Part shown: positions 37,122 to 46,914 of the stretch, piece after piece
How the letters are laid out: every line of letters begins with the position of its first letter
Numbering within the stretch: position 1 is the first letter of the stretch
Virus record (IMG/VR): IMGVR_UViG_3300022602_000024
Coordinates: 290,430-354,429 of that record
Length of the DNA stretch: 64,000 nucleotides
Reading direction: 5' to 3' (one strand)
The notes under the pieces: generated by a model
Seen by the model: only the letters and a program-made list of their open reading frames with translations
Databases searched by the model: none
What the model was told of the DNA's origin: nothing
Program-made: the position numbers and the translations under genes

Positions 37122-38138
37122 TTAGTTACTGGATTTACGGTTTCTAATCAATGCTAAAATGTCTTCAGCTTTTTGACTTTTTGCAGCTGGCGGTGTTACT
37201 ACCGGTGCAGAAGCTTCTGCTGGCTCGTCTGCTTCAAATGGTGCCACATCATCTTCTGCTACTGCGGCTTTTGGTACAGCTACTGCTACAGGTTTAGCAG
37301 TTACTGGTGCAGCAACTTCGTCACCAGTGGAACCCGAGCCACCGTGGAAGCCAGCTGGCTTGTAGTAGTTGGCCCAACGATCTGGATCGTATGGTTGTCC
37401 ATCTACTGACGCTTCAAACATTTCCTTGATCACTTTCAATTCAACGTCTGTGGGCTTCTTGGGCAAGAAGTCACTTAAGTTGTGCAAGCCAAACTGCTCA
37501 ATAGCTGCTTGTTCGTCACCGTTGAGTGCAGTTTCTTTGCGTGACCATTTGCTAGTACTGTAGTCAGCATAGCCACCTTTTGATGTTTTAATGATCTGGA
37601 AGTCCAGGCCACTGGTGTAATCTGTGGGCATACTTTCCATCTCAGGATCCATCAGTGCAGCTTTGATAATGTTAAAGATTTGTGGGCTAATAACAAATCT
37701 ACGAATAGGATTTGCTGGTGTCTTGTCATCGCTTAATGCATTTTCACGTACAAAGCCTTGGAACAAATAAGATTTTTTCTTCCAATATTTACGACCCATA
37801 TCTTCCAATGCTGGGTCTTTGAACCAAGGACGCACTTCTGCCAAGATTGGGCATGGTGTTCCGTCTTTGTACATTTCCACACAAGGAACTTGTACAATAA
37901 CTGGTTTTGAATCTGCTTGTCCTTTAATGCCAGCGAATGGCAAACGGATCATTTCACGATCAACCCAGAAGAAATCATTCTTTGCGTTGCCGTCTGGTAA
38001 AAATCTAATTCTGGACGTTGTTCCCTCGGGAATATTCCAATGTGGATAAATGGCGTTGTCGCCACCTTGTGATTTGCCGCCCCCGCGGTTTTCATTTGCT
38101 TGTAGTTTTGCGCGAATTTCTGCTAATGTCATTGCCAT
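37122..38138 (-). CDS. gp32-like single-stranded DNA-binding protein
   Basis: RIRFLPD, C...CPI, YW.K..Y, DF.I.K..KGGY.DY..SKW. Confidence 0.85.
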   Translation of the reverse strand: MAMTLAEIRAKLQANENRGGGKSQGGDNAIYPHWNIPEGTTSRIRFLPDGNAKNDFFWVDREMIRLPFAGIKGQADSKPVIVQVPCVEMYKDGTPCPILAEVRPWFKDPALEDMGRKYWKKKSYLFQGFVRENALSDDKTPANPIRRFVISPQIFNIIKAALMDPEMESMPTDYTSGLDFQIIKTSKGGYADYSTSKWSRKETALNGDEQAAIEQFGLHNLSDFLPKKPTDVELKVIKEMFEASVDGQPYDPDRWANYYKPAGFHGGSGSTGDEVAAPVTAKPVAVAVPKAAVAEDDVAPFEADEPAEASAPVVTPPAAKSQKAEDILALIRNRKSSN

Positions 38139-38231
38139 GATGTATTTCCTTTATAAGATGGTCTTTGTAATGTGCCTAGATATATTCTAGCACTCCGCTA
38201 GTATATAACAATAGTATTTATCAAGTCAAAG

Positions 38232-38257
38232 AAAAAGGCACAATAAATGTGCCTTTT
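38232..38257. terminator. bidirectional intrinsic terminator
   Basis: AAAAAGGCACA-ATAAA-TGTGCCTTTT. Confidence 0.75.
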
Positions 38258-38274
38258 GGTAAAGTATTTTTGGA

Positions 38275-39759
38275 TTAACGTTTGATACCAGCCAAACTAC
38301 GGATAAAGTCCAAATCATCTGCTTCACGTAGTTTAACGTTGGGATCAGTTACTGGATCATCCATACTGCTTGCACCATACTGATCATTTGGATGTGCATC
38401 TTCGGGACTAACTGGATTCACATGATTGGTGTGTGCGTCATCTACATTGCGTTGCCCGATCGTTAATTGGCTCAACACTTCTGGCTTGTGATCACGTAGC
38501 CATGTTTTAACCAATGGTCGAGCATCTTGGTCCGGACCTTGATCTTTGGCATAGTGATAAATGGCTATATTTAAATCAGTTAAGTCATCGCCGGGGAACA
38601 ATTCTTTTAAATCAGTTGTAGCATCAATACCTTGCATACCAATGGTCCAAGGTTGTGACATTTTGTCTTGTAGTGCGTCAATATCAAAATCTGCAGTGGA
38701 TTCTGATTCGTCCCATACACTTTCAGTTACACCGTCAGCCCACTCGTCTAATTCATTACCCAGTTGTGCGGCTGCTTCTGATTGATATTTCTTGTATGCT
38801 TTATAAACTGTTGGCAATGCTTCAGTAAAACGATCATCATAGACCTTTTTAACAAAACGTTCACGTAGTGCATCTACATCCACATCTTCTTCAGCAGATG
38901 ATTCAGGAACAAACTGCTCTATAAATTCTTGGTAGTGCTTTCTGTTGGCCAGATGACGTAGTGTATTTTTAAGTTGTAGGTAATGGCGTGTTGCAGCCTG
39001 AGCCATGTCAGCCGTTTCAGAGTCTTCAAATTGTCGACGTTTGGTAGCACGAACAAAATGACTCATACTGCTCATTTCGCCAACCATGTTGGTAATGCAC
39101 TCGCCAATTTCATCACGCATATCGCCACCGTGTGTGATATGATTACACATGGCACGAGCACCGTGTAGGTTCTTAAATGGCATTAGGAAACGTTCGCCAC
39201 GTGGAGTTTCCACAAATATTTCACGTATCTTACGAGCACGGTCACCACGCACTTCATCATTTACTAGTCCATCATGCTTGATCAGCAAGCGGCATTCACC
39301 AATGTCGGCATAACTGTTACGGCTTGTTCCGTATAGTCGGCTTTCAGTTACTGCTACATCATTGGCACTAGCAACATTATCAACCTTGGCCTGTTGTTTA
39401 ATATCCTGCAGTTCAAGATTGCTTTTGGTAATGTCACGAGTGTCAAAAGTCAGCAAGTTACGACGTGCAAAGTCACGCATGTTGCGCAGGAACATGTACC
39501 AATCTTTGCGTTGCTCCCGGTCCATTTCCGTGGATATGTTTTGTCCATAGTAGACTTTTAAACTGGTTTCATCAATTAAACTAATAGTAACGGTACCAAA
39601 TTGGGCACCAGTAGGATCACTGTAAGTAAAGTTAAAAAACCGTGCTTTTTCAGGATCTGTGGTGGCTTTGGCTTTTTCATCGCCGAGCGTCACATTTTCA
39701 AAGCGTGAACGGACTTTATCAAATAGGGCGGCTGCAACGGATTCAATTTCTTTGGACAT
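38275..39759 (-). CDS. hypothetical late (probably head-associated) protein
   Basis: TATAAATA promoter; C-terminal RSLAGI motif. Confidence 0.75.
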   Translation of the reverse strand: MSKEIESVAAALFDKVRSRFENVTLGDEKAKATTDPEKARFFNFTYSDPTGAQFGTVTISLIDETSLKVYYGQNISTEMDREQRKDWYMFLRNMRDFARRNLLTFDTRDITKSNLELQDIKQQAKVDNVASANDVAVTESRLYGTSRNSYADIGECRLLIKHDGLVNDEVRGDRARKIREIFVETPRGERFLMPFKNLHGARAMCNHITHGGDMRDEIGECITNMVGEMSSMSHFVRATKRRQFEDSETADMAQAATRHYLQLKNTLRHLANRKHYQEFIEQFVPESSAEEDVDVDALRERFVKKVYDDRFTEALPTVYKAYKKYQSEAAAQLGNELDEWADGVTESVWDESESTADFDIDALQDKMSQPWTIGMQGIDATTDLKELFPGDDLTDLNIAIYHYAKDQGPDQDARPLVKTWLRDHKPEVLSQLTIGQRNVDDAHTNHVNPVSPEDAHPNDQYGASSMDDPVTDPNVKLREADDLDFIRSLAGIKR

Positions 39760-39769
39760 AGTAGTGTAT

Positions 39770-41332
39770 TTATATCATTATAAAAGGAAGTGGCTCTACA
39801 AACTGATCTATACTGTCTCGCACTTCTGAATCTAATCCAGAATCAAACTGTTGTATTAGTTGTAGCATACGCAATACCAGTAGTGTAGCCATAACCAAAT
39901 CGTCGTGGTCGCCCAATTTGGCAGCATACCCAGTGCCCGATGCAACAAATGATTTTAATTCGCTAATTAACGATTTACTGGCTATATGCATACGTTTGGT
40001 TTCTATTAGGCTTTTTAGTTTGGCACAAGCAGCCAACTTGCTCTTGTTAGTAGTAGTAAATCCTTTACGATATCTAGTGCCTGTGCCACCTCGACGGGGC
40101 TCTGTTAAAAACGTTCCAGGAATGTTTTCCTCGCCCATTTGGCTAATAACCACTAAAGCGGCTTCTCCTAGGGTATTATTTTCTATGCTGTAGTATACGT
40201 TAGTGGGACCTGTAATATCGGCAAGATACTTGCAGATTTCCTGCATAATCACCACCTGTCGTTGCACAATTGTGCGATTATGACTCCATTCGGCCACCTG
40301 TTTTAGTCCCGGCATCTCAAACACTTGTATAGCTGCTGGATCGGATCCTGTGCCTAAGCTAGGATCTAATCCCACAATATAGGTATGATCACGTTGCGGT
40401 TTTTTGTACCAGCGTATTTGTCCTTGCTTTTCAACAGGATCAATGCCGGCCATTTCAACCAAGTGCAAGGGATTGATTAGGGTTTCATCAAAGATAATAA
40501 ACTCGCAGTCCATTTCGCGACGGAATCGTTCTTCTCCCAATTGTGCTCGCATTTGGTCAGCCCAAGCATCATCACGATCTGGATGCTCACGCCAAGCACT
40601 ACGAAATGCTTTGAATCCGTTTTTGCCCAGTTCTGTTTCGTTGCCGTATTCGTCAAAGCAATTGTTGGCGCCTTTCCAAATCTGTGCAAACTGATCTTCA
40701 TCTGAGTTTGGTGTACTTGTAATAATACACTTACCACCAGTTGCTAGTGTAGGAGTAATCGAAGTCCAAAACTCTGACGCAATAGTGGGACGAACGAACG
40801 CAAACTCATCACAATACAGGAGTGATATGGACATACCACGACCGGTATTTTCTGTTGTTGTCTGCGAAACTATCCTTGACCCGTTTTCAAAGTCCAACGA
40901 TCCTTTGTTGTAACTGGTAACACCAGCACGTATAAAGTCTGGGCAGTTTTCGTATGCATATCTGACACGTTGCATAATCTCTTGTGCACCCAAATACTTG
41001 TGTGCTGCCACTAGGATAGTCGAGTCCGGGACAAACATAGCATACCATAACAAGTATCCTGCGGCACTGGTTGATTTCCCCGTTTGTCTAGGCATCATAC
41101 TGATACTGTATCTATAATTATGATATGTATCTATCAGTCGTTGTTGATATTCAAACGGATGATATTGTATTGCACCCTTGGTTGGGTGCTGGATGAAAAA
41201 GTAATTGCTCATAAAATACTGTGGACCAGTTTCAGGATCGGCACACCGTGCGATTTCCAAAATTTGTTCTTCAGTATAAGACATCCGCTTGTACGGTGCC
41301 TTAATAATTGCCGTTTCTAGTTCTTTAGCCAT
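39770..41332 (-). CDS. terminase large subunit (gp17-like)
   Basis: PRQTGKST, DEFAF, TSTPN, nuclease D motifs (GLDP, HDDLVM). Confidence 0.97.
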   Translation of the reverse strand: MAKELETAIIKAPYKRMSYTEEQILEIARCADPETGPQYFMSNYFFIQHPTKGAIQYHPFEYQQRLIDTYHNYRYSISMMPRQTGKSTSAAGYLLWYAMFVPDSTILVAAHKYLGAQEIMQRVRYAYENCPDFIRAGVTSYNKGSLDFENGSRIVSQTTTENTGRGMSISLLYCDEFAFVRPTIASEFWTSITPTLATGGKCIITSTPNSDEDQFAQIWKGANNCFDEYGNETELGKNGFKAFRSAWREHPDRDDAWADQMRAQLGEERFRREMDCEFIIFDETLINPLHLVEMAGIDPVEKQGQIRWYKKPQRDHTYIVGLDPSLGTGSDPAAIQVFEMPGLKQVAEWSHNRTIVQRQVVIMQEICKYLADITGPTNVYYSIENNTLGEAALVVISQMGEENIPGTFLTEPRRGGTGTRYRKGFTTTNKSKLAACAKLKSLIETKRMHIASKSLISELKSFVASGTGYAAKLGDHDDLVMATLLVLRMLQLIQQFDSGLDSEVRDSIDQFVEPLPFIMI

Positions 41333-41359
41333 GATAAGTATATTTAACTGTTATTCAAA

Positions 41360-41902
41360 ATGAGCGATACACTTCTCTTAAACTCTGATTACTCACCTAT
41401 TTCTGTTTTACCACTCAGCGTTATTGGGTGGCAACATGCTATTAAACTGATGTACCTGGGTCGTATTCATGTACTCGAAACTTATCCTGATTGGATAATT
41501 CGCAGTGAAAAATTGGCTATAAATGTACCCAGTGTAGCAGTGACTAAAGATTACTTTCATTACAAAAAAGCAGTAAAGTTCAGCAGATACAACATGTACA
41601 TGCGTGACTTGTTTAAATGCCAATATTGCGATGATGTGTTTGATTGGGAAGAATTGACTATTGATCATGTGTTGCCTATCAGCAAGGGTGGCAAAACCAC
41701 ATGGACTAACTGTGTTACTAGTTGCAAAAGTTGCAATCATCGCAAAGGCAGTTCAACCAATATCTTTCCCAAGATTAAACCCTACAAACCTGACTACTAT
41801 AGCTTAGTTAAAAAATGGAAAGACATGCCGTTCTCTGTTAAACAGGCCAGTTGGAATCAGTATTTAGGAACTTCTAAGCCTGTTCACCGGGCAGCGGCCT
41901 AG
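41360..41902 (+). CDS. HNH endonuclease
   Basis: RD.FKCQYC, TIDHV.P.S.GG..TW.N.V..C..CN..K. Confidence 0.93.
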   Translation: MSDTLLLNSDYSPISVLPLSVIGWQHAIKLMYLGRIHVLETYPDWIIRSEKLAINVPSVAVTKDYFHYKKAVKFSRYNMYMRDLFKCQYCDDVFDWEELTIDHVLPISKGGKTTWTNCVTSCKSCNHRKGSSTNIFPKIKPYKPDYYSLVKKWKDMPFSVKQASWNQYLGTSKPVHRAAA

Positions 41903-42287
41903 GGCGATACTCAGGGTGTGCCTTTAAGTATTCTTCAATCTTGCTTTCTAAACTGCCGTTTAGATAAGGCTTGGAGAAGTTGATAATAAACCACAGGTCG
42001 GTGCCAGGGCGAGCATGATACTTTTGCATCATGTCATTGCGCTCTTTAGCAGTAGTACTGATATTGCTACCCACTGGGCTAGTAATGCCAGTCTCCGAAG
42101 CCTGTGGTGTTCTGATATCTAATCCGTTAACTGCACCCGCGCCATTGTCGCCCATACCAGATTCTGCAATGGGCATACCAGCCAGGCGTTTGAGTTCGTT
42201 TAATTCATGCGGATCAATGAAAGCGTCCGCATCACCAGTTTCGCCTTGGGGCACAAAGTTAGCACTGGTTATGCGATACTGTTTCAT
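41874..42287 (-). CDS. hypothetical protein
   Basis: Coupled ORF; ELKRLAGM motif. Confidence 0.7.
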   Translation of the reverse strand: MKQYRITSANFVPQGETGDADAFIDPHELNELKRLAGMPIAESGMGDNGAGAVNGLDIRTPQASETGITSPVGSNISTTAKERNDMMQKYHARPGTDLWFIINFSKPYLNGSLESKIEEYLKAHPEYRPRPLPGEQA

Positions 42288-44191
42288 TTGACTTTCTTAA
42301 TACTTTCGTATTCAGCAGCCAAACGTGCTTCTAATTCAACTGTGCTCTCTTTGATTGCACCAGCTCCATTTTTAATTGGCATCTTACGTGCAGGCTCAGT
42401 CATACCATTGTCGCCCATTGGATGTGGGGGATACATACGTTTCTCACCAGTATCACCTTCGCCAGGATTCATAGTGCTTTGCTTCATACTCTTGTATTCT
42501 GGCTTAGGAGCATTCACTGGCTCTTCTTTAGGCTCGTCAACTTTTACTGTTTCTTTAACAGGCAATCCAGACAGTTTCATAACTTCATCTAAATCGCTAG
42601 TGTCAGTATAGTGCTTGCCGTCTAGTTCAAACTCGCCACCTTTTTCGGTATTAGCAAGTTTACCAGTGAAAGCATTGCCTTCCATTTCTGGTTTTTCATC
42701 TAAATTGCTGTTGTCAGTATAGTGCTTGCCATCCAATTCAAATTCTCCACCTTTAGGAGTTGATTTCAATTTACCAGTGAAAGCATTACCTTCTTCAACA
42801 TCTAGTCCTGCTAGGCGTGCTAGTTCGTTTAGTTCTTCTTCAATTTCATTTGTAGGATGTGTTTTACGCTCTAGATCTTTGAGCATTTCCTCATCGCTAG
42901 GATGACCAAACTTGTCTAGTGCTTTTTGTCCCAATTGTTTAGCACGATCCAACATGCTGGGCTTGGGTGCAACAGGAGCAGTAGCAGGCGGAACAACTGT
43001 TTCCATTTCTAGTTGTTTGTGATGATTGCGTAGATCCATACAGTCACGTAGGAAGTCACTGCACTCGCCAGTCATTTTGTATTTGTTGTAATGGTCGTTG
43101 AGTGTGCTCATACACTCGTCCATGGTCATACCGTGTTCTTCAGCCATGCGTTTGAAGTTGGCTTCTAATAGGATACGGCTTTCGATTAATGTCATTGATT
43201 CAGCGATGCCACGCTTGGCTTTCTTCTCATCTGCATTAAAAGCAGCGTCGGCAGCAGTATTACGTGATGTATCATCGTTTCTTGCACCAGGAACATACTT
43301 GCCTTTGCCTTTGGGAACAGTACCGCTAGTACGTCCAAATGGATCGCTCATCTTGCTGTATTCTGCAGGCTTTTCTTGTGTGGGACGACCACGTTGTCCT
43401 GTTGCGACTTTTTTCTTTGGTGTATCAGAATTGGGATCAACTTCGTAGCCGTAGTGGCCTTTATGAACATGGCCACCTTTAACAGGAACCAATTGTCCTT
43501 CTGCCATGTCTTTTTCTTCTTTGCTACTATACTTGGCACGAATGTTTTGCATAGTTTTTTCACTCTTGTGTTCTTGTCCAGCTTTACGCAATGCTGCCAT
43601 TCCGTCTTTGCCGTACTTTTTATTGCCCAAGTAGGCTTGTAGTCCGGATTCTTCCATGTTGTGCTCAGTACATGTACCTTCTGCACACATAGCGCACTCG
43701 TCTTTTTTGTTTTTGTTGTCTAGCATACCACGCTTGTTAGCAGTTGCCCAGGCAATGTTTTCTGCTTCTTTGTCACTGTGTCCAGCTTTCTTTTCACTGG
43801 ATTTAACATGAGCAACCATACGATCAACTTTGGCACCTTCTTCGATATCTGTTTCTTCTAGTTTGCCAGCTTTGGCCATTTTTGCTTTCACTGCACCAGC
43901 AACACGCTCGCCAGCGGCTTTACTACCATATTCTTTAGCAGCTTTATCAGCAACTGCTTTAAAGCCAGTAGTCTTTCCATTGTTGTGTTTTCCCAAGTCA
44001 CGCTCAACAGCAAATTGTTCTGCTAGACGTGCTTGTACTTGGCCAACGCCATCAACGATACTGCCACGTGCTTCTACACTTTCGCGGATTGCCTGTGCTT
44101 TATCTTTGATGATTTCAGCAGGGGTCGGCTCCAAGGACTTTAATTTGCCTAGGATACTGTAAATGTTGTCGTCTGGATGATTCTTGCTCAT
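42284..44191 (-). CDS. highly charged modular protein, probable prohead core/internal head protein
   Basis: K/E-rich; many hydrophobic-x-E-(G/S/A) sites; internal repeat. Confidence 0.65.
   Translation of the reverse strand: MSKNHPDDNIYSILGKLKSLEPTPAEIIKDKAQAIRESVEARGSIVDGVGQVQARLAEQFAVERDLGKHNNGKTTGFKAVADKAAKEYGSKAAGERVAGAVKAKMAKAGKLEETDIEEGAKVDRMVAHVKSSEKKAGHSDKEAENIAWATANKRGMLDNKNKKDECAMCAEGTCTEHNMEESGLQAYLGNKKYGKDGMAALRKAGQEHKSEKTMQNIRAKYSSKEEKDMAEGQLVPVKGGHVHKGHYGYEVDPNSDTPKKKVATGQRGRPTQEKPAEYSKMSDPFGRTSGTVPKGKGKYVPGARNDDTSRNTAADAAFNADEKKAKRGIAESMTLIESRILLEANFKRMAEEHGMTMDECMSTLNDHYNKYKMTGECSDFLRDCMDLRNHHKQLEMETVVPPATAPVAPKPSMLDRAKQLGQKALDKFGHPSDEEMLKDLERKTHPTNEIEEELNELARLAGLDVEEGNAFTGKLKSTPKGGEFELDGKHYTDNSNLDEKPEMEGNAFTGKLANTEKGGEFELDGKHYTDTSDLDEVMKLSGLPVKETVKVDEPKEEPVNAPKPEYKSMKQSTMNPGEGDTGEKRMYPPHPMGDNGMTEPARKMPIKNGAGAIKESTVELEARLAAEYESIKKVK
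42584..42793 (-). repeat. 111-nt (37-aa) tandem repeat
   Basis: EGNAFTGKL..T.KGGEFELDGKHYTD.S.LDE occurs twice. Confidence 0.9.
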
Positions 44192-44820
44192 TTTGTTTTC
44201 ATTCCTTTTGTTCCGCGATATACTTTGTTCTGCGTTGTGCCCACTGGTGCTACATCACCTTGTGGAAGATCATTAGTTGTCTTACCTGTGGTAACTACTT
44301 TGTCGCCGTCGGTTAAATCATTGCCAGCAATTTCAAACTTACGTGTGTGCTTTTCTAATTCTGCGATCAAACTTGTGATGCGTCCAGGTCCTACTAGTGA
44401 TTGTGCTCCGGGAACATCTTTTAATTCTGTTTCGTCTAGTAGGGCACCAGCGTGATCTTTGCCCAAGTTTTCTGCTTCGTCAGTATAGTTGGCTTCGTTT
44501 AGATTGCGCACATTGATCCAATTTGGATTTAGTTGTGCACGCTCTTTTAGTGTCTGCATGATAACGATGTTGGTAGTTGGATATGCCAACTTAACATCAA
44601 ATTGCCAGCACTCACAGGGACCGCCCCAATTTGGAAATTCTCTGTGTTCTTGTATTGGATGACTCTTAACTGCGCTAATGCTTTCCAATTGGAAAGTATC
44701 CAATGCGGATTTGATCTTATCCATTACTTCCCCAACAGGGTTTATGCCAGCAAGTTTAATTCTAAACTCACTGGGCTTGCTTAATTCAAAGATGTAAGTC
44801 TGAAAATTTTTCAACATCAT
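44188..44820 (-). CDS. hypothetical late protein
   Basis: N-terminal LKNFQTYIFE; upstream TAAATA. Confidence 0.7.
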   Translation of the reverse strand: MMLKNFQTYIFELSKPSEFRIKLAGINPVGEVMDKIKSALDTFQLESISAVKSHPIQEHREFPNWGGPCECWQFDVKLAYPTTNIVIMQTLKERAQLNPNWINVRNLNEANYTDEAENLGKDHAGALLDETELKDVPGAQSLVGPGRITSLIAELEKHTRKFEIAGNDLTDGDKVVTTGKTTNDLPQGDVAPVGTTQNKVYRGTKGMKTK

Positions 44821-44855
44821 TATAATCCTATATTGTTATATTTAGCCAGAAAACG

Positions 44856-45344
44856 CTATTTGTCTTTCTTGGCCAGTATCGATTTTAGTAGTTCATTACG
44901 ATCTAGTATTACGCCTTGCCCTTCTATTGCTTCTTCAGCAGGGTCTTTTTTATCTTTACTAATCTGGTGATCTAATCGGGCTTTTTGTAGTTGCAAACTG
45001 ATCATGCGCAACTTTTTATCCATTTTGGCAGTTTTGGCAGTAATCGCATGCCCCAGCATTACTCCTGCAGTTTGTAGGATAACACCACTAAAACGTGGCT
45101 CTACATTCATACCCAAATCTATTAGGTCTTCGGCTTTTTGTTTGGCTAGATTTGCTAGTTCATCCAGTTCGCTATCGCCAGTGTCTAAGTCTCTGACCAA
45201 GGGTAGTGCAGCATCAATTTTGCTGATGGCACTATCTACTTCAGTGATCAAATCACGATTTTCATCAATGATAGCTGCAGTTTCTTCCGGCGTTGTGTTA
45301 GGAGCAGGGGCTAAATTTAGTAGTTCTTCTAGGCGTTTGGTCAT
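44856..45344 (-). CDS. hypothetical protein, possibly terminase small subunit
   Basis: Helical 162-aa protein with a C-terminal 'ILDRNELLKSI' pattern, near terL. Confidence 0.4.
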   Translation of the reverse strand: MTKRLEELLNLAPAPNTTPEETAAIIDENRDLITEVDSAISKIDAALPLVRDLDTGDSELDELANLAKQKAEDLIDLGMNVEPRFSGVILQTAGVMLGHAITAKTAKMDKKLRMISLQLQKARLDHQISKDKKDPAEEAIEGQGVILDRNELLKSILAKKDK

Positions 45345-45352
45345 ACCAATAT

Positions 45353-46066
45353 TTACCGCTGGGCATCTACGGCATGTTGATAACTATTGATCATTATTTG
45401 TTCAAACAGGGGGCTACGCCATTGTCCGTGCACTATCATATGAAAGCGTTGCTCGTTGCTGTTGTTCACTACACAATGCTGGTAATGGTTATTAAACAAA
45501 AACGTACTTCCGGTGTTTTTAAACGGTACTGTGCCTAGCTCTGTTGTTAGATAGCAATTGTCGGGATTGTTTAAACTGATGTTTATGGCCGCAGTCAGCA
45601 TAGGATTAGCATTGTCTGAATGTGGTTCAATGTATCCACCAGGTTCTACCAACATGAATCTCACACGTTGATATCTAATGTAAGGAAATATATTTTTGAA
45701 ATAGTTATGGGTAACAGGACATTGGTCAACAATTTCAGTCCATTGATAAATTGATTGATCTCTAGCGTCTAATCCATAGGCATTTGCAGCATCAGTCTTT
45801 TCTGCGCCGAAGCCGTGCACACACAAACTGCGCCATCCGTAACTGTCACCTTCTCGATGTGTGACAAATTGCGGCTCTAATGCCTGCGCTTCTGCCAACA
45901 TCTCAGCATAGGGAGCATCTATCAATAGTTCTAAATATGGTGATGGATTATTATTTTGTAAGAATCTAAAATTGTCAGCAGCTATTTCTGAAGGAAACGG
46001 CCGATATTGATAGGTATTATCTTTATTATCAACATGGAATTTTTGTGCTAGTGCTTGGCTGGTCAT
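45353..46066 (-). CDS. Asp/Asn beta-hydroxylase-like 2OG-Fe(II) oxygenase
   Basis: RFMLVEPGGYIEPHSD, H.V.N, R.H.IVH. Confidence 0.85.
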   Translation of the reverse strand: MTSQALAQKFHVDNKDNTYQYRPFPSEIAADNFRFLQNNNPSPYLELLIDAPYAEMLAEAQALEPQFVTHREGDSYGWRSLCVHGFGAEKTDAANAYGLDARDQSIYQWTEIVDQCPVTHNYFKNIFPYIRYQRVRFMLVEPGGYIEPHSDNANPMLTAAINISLNNPDNCYLTTELGTVPFKNTGSTFLFNNHYQHCVVNNSNEQRFHMIVHGQWRSPLFEQIMINSYQHAVDAQR

Positions 46067-46497
46067 TTTTTACCTTGTATCCAGAGATCACGTTCTGTGA
46101 TTATACGAAAACTTAAATTTTGTGCTCTACAATATGCCCTGGCTGCTTCCCATTTGGCCATATTTAATATGGCTGCAGCCTGTGCCCTTGGACTCTTTCC
46201 AGCTTCTTGTAAACTGGTTTCTTTTGTGGGTTTAATTTCCCAAACTTCTCCGTGTGTTTTACCACTGGAATCAACAAACATAACAAAGAAGTCGGGCACA
46301 TATATAGTATTTCGATTAGTAAATGGATTACGATAATTTATGTGTAGAGCTTCGCTTGCCCATTGGAGTATGCTAGGATTATTATCACACATACTCATAA
46401 CCGCAAATTCCCACGAACTTCTGTATGTGGGACTTTTGTTGCCTACGTATTTTTCAGGGTTCAATAATTGATATTTACCCTGTGCATATTTGCTCAT
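46063..46497 (-). CDS. head completion nuclease (gp4-like)
   Basis: NPEKY.G, YRSSWE, W.SE, Y.PDF, EIKP, N.AKWEAA. Confidence 0.93.
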   Translation of the reverse strand: MSKYAQGKYQLLNPEKYVGNKSPTYRSSWEFAVMSMCDNNPSILQWASEALHINYRNPFTNRNTIYVPDFFVMFVDSSGKTHGEVWEIKPTKETSLQEAGKSPRAQAAAILNMAKWEAARAYCRAQNLSFRIITERDLWIQGKK

Positions 46498-46503
46498 ATT
46501 TGA

Positions 46504-46914
46504 TTAAAGTATAATACTTCTAGTTACCAGACTATTTGTCTTTGCGCCTGTATTTACACCTAATATACTTGTTGGCACACGAGATATATTTAAGAAAGCA
46601 ATCAAATAGTTGTTTAACTGTCCTTTTGGCATAGCCCGAAATTGCGCCAATATAGTCAAAGGGTCTGTATTCTGTGCCAACGCAGTGGCCATTACTGCGC
46701 TAGCAAGATTATCTGCTGCTGCTTTAGTCGGACAGTATTCTTCAAAAAAAGCAATTAGTGCATCGTTGGTATTTGCCGAAGTTGCAAAACTAGTAGCATA
46801 CAAATTGTTATAATATTTTTGTGCGCCTTGCGCTGCCGAAGTAGCAGTTAAGTTTGGTCCGCCAAGGTTAGTAGCATTTGAAGATTGTGTTGACATAATA
46901 TTATGGTGGGCCAA
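46504..46914 (-). CDS. hypothetical virion-associated protein
   Basis: Coupled ORF in the structural operon. Confidence 0.65.
   Translation of the reverse strand: MAHHNIMSTQSSNATNLGGPNLTATSAAQGAQKYYNNLYATSFATSANTNDALIAFFEEYCPTKAAADNLASAVMATALAQNTDPLTILAQFRAMPKGQLNNYLIAFLNISRVPTSILGVNTGAKTNSLVTRSIIL

Noticed and set aside
39770-41902. Intein or intron in terminase linked to the adjacent HNH gene
   Set aside because: Terminase is continuous at normal length; the HNH is a separate divergent gene.
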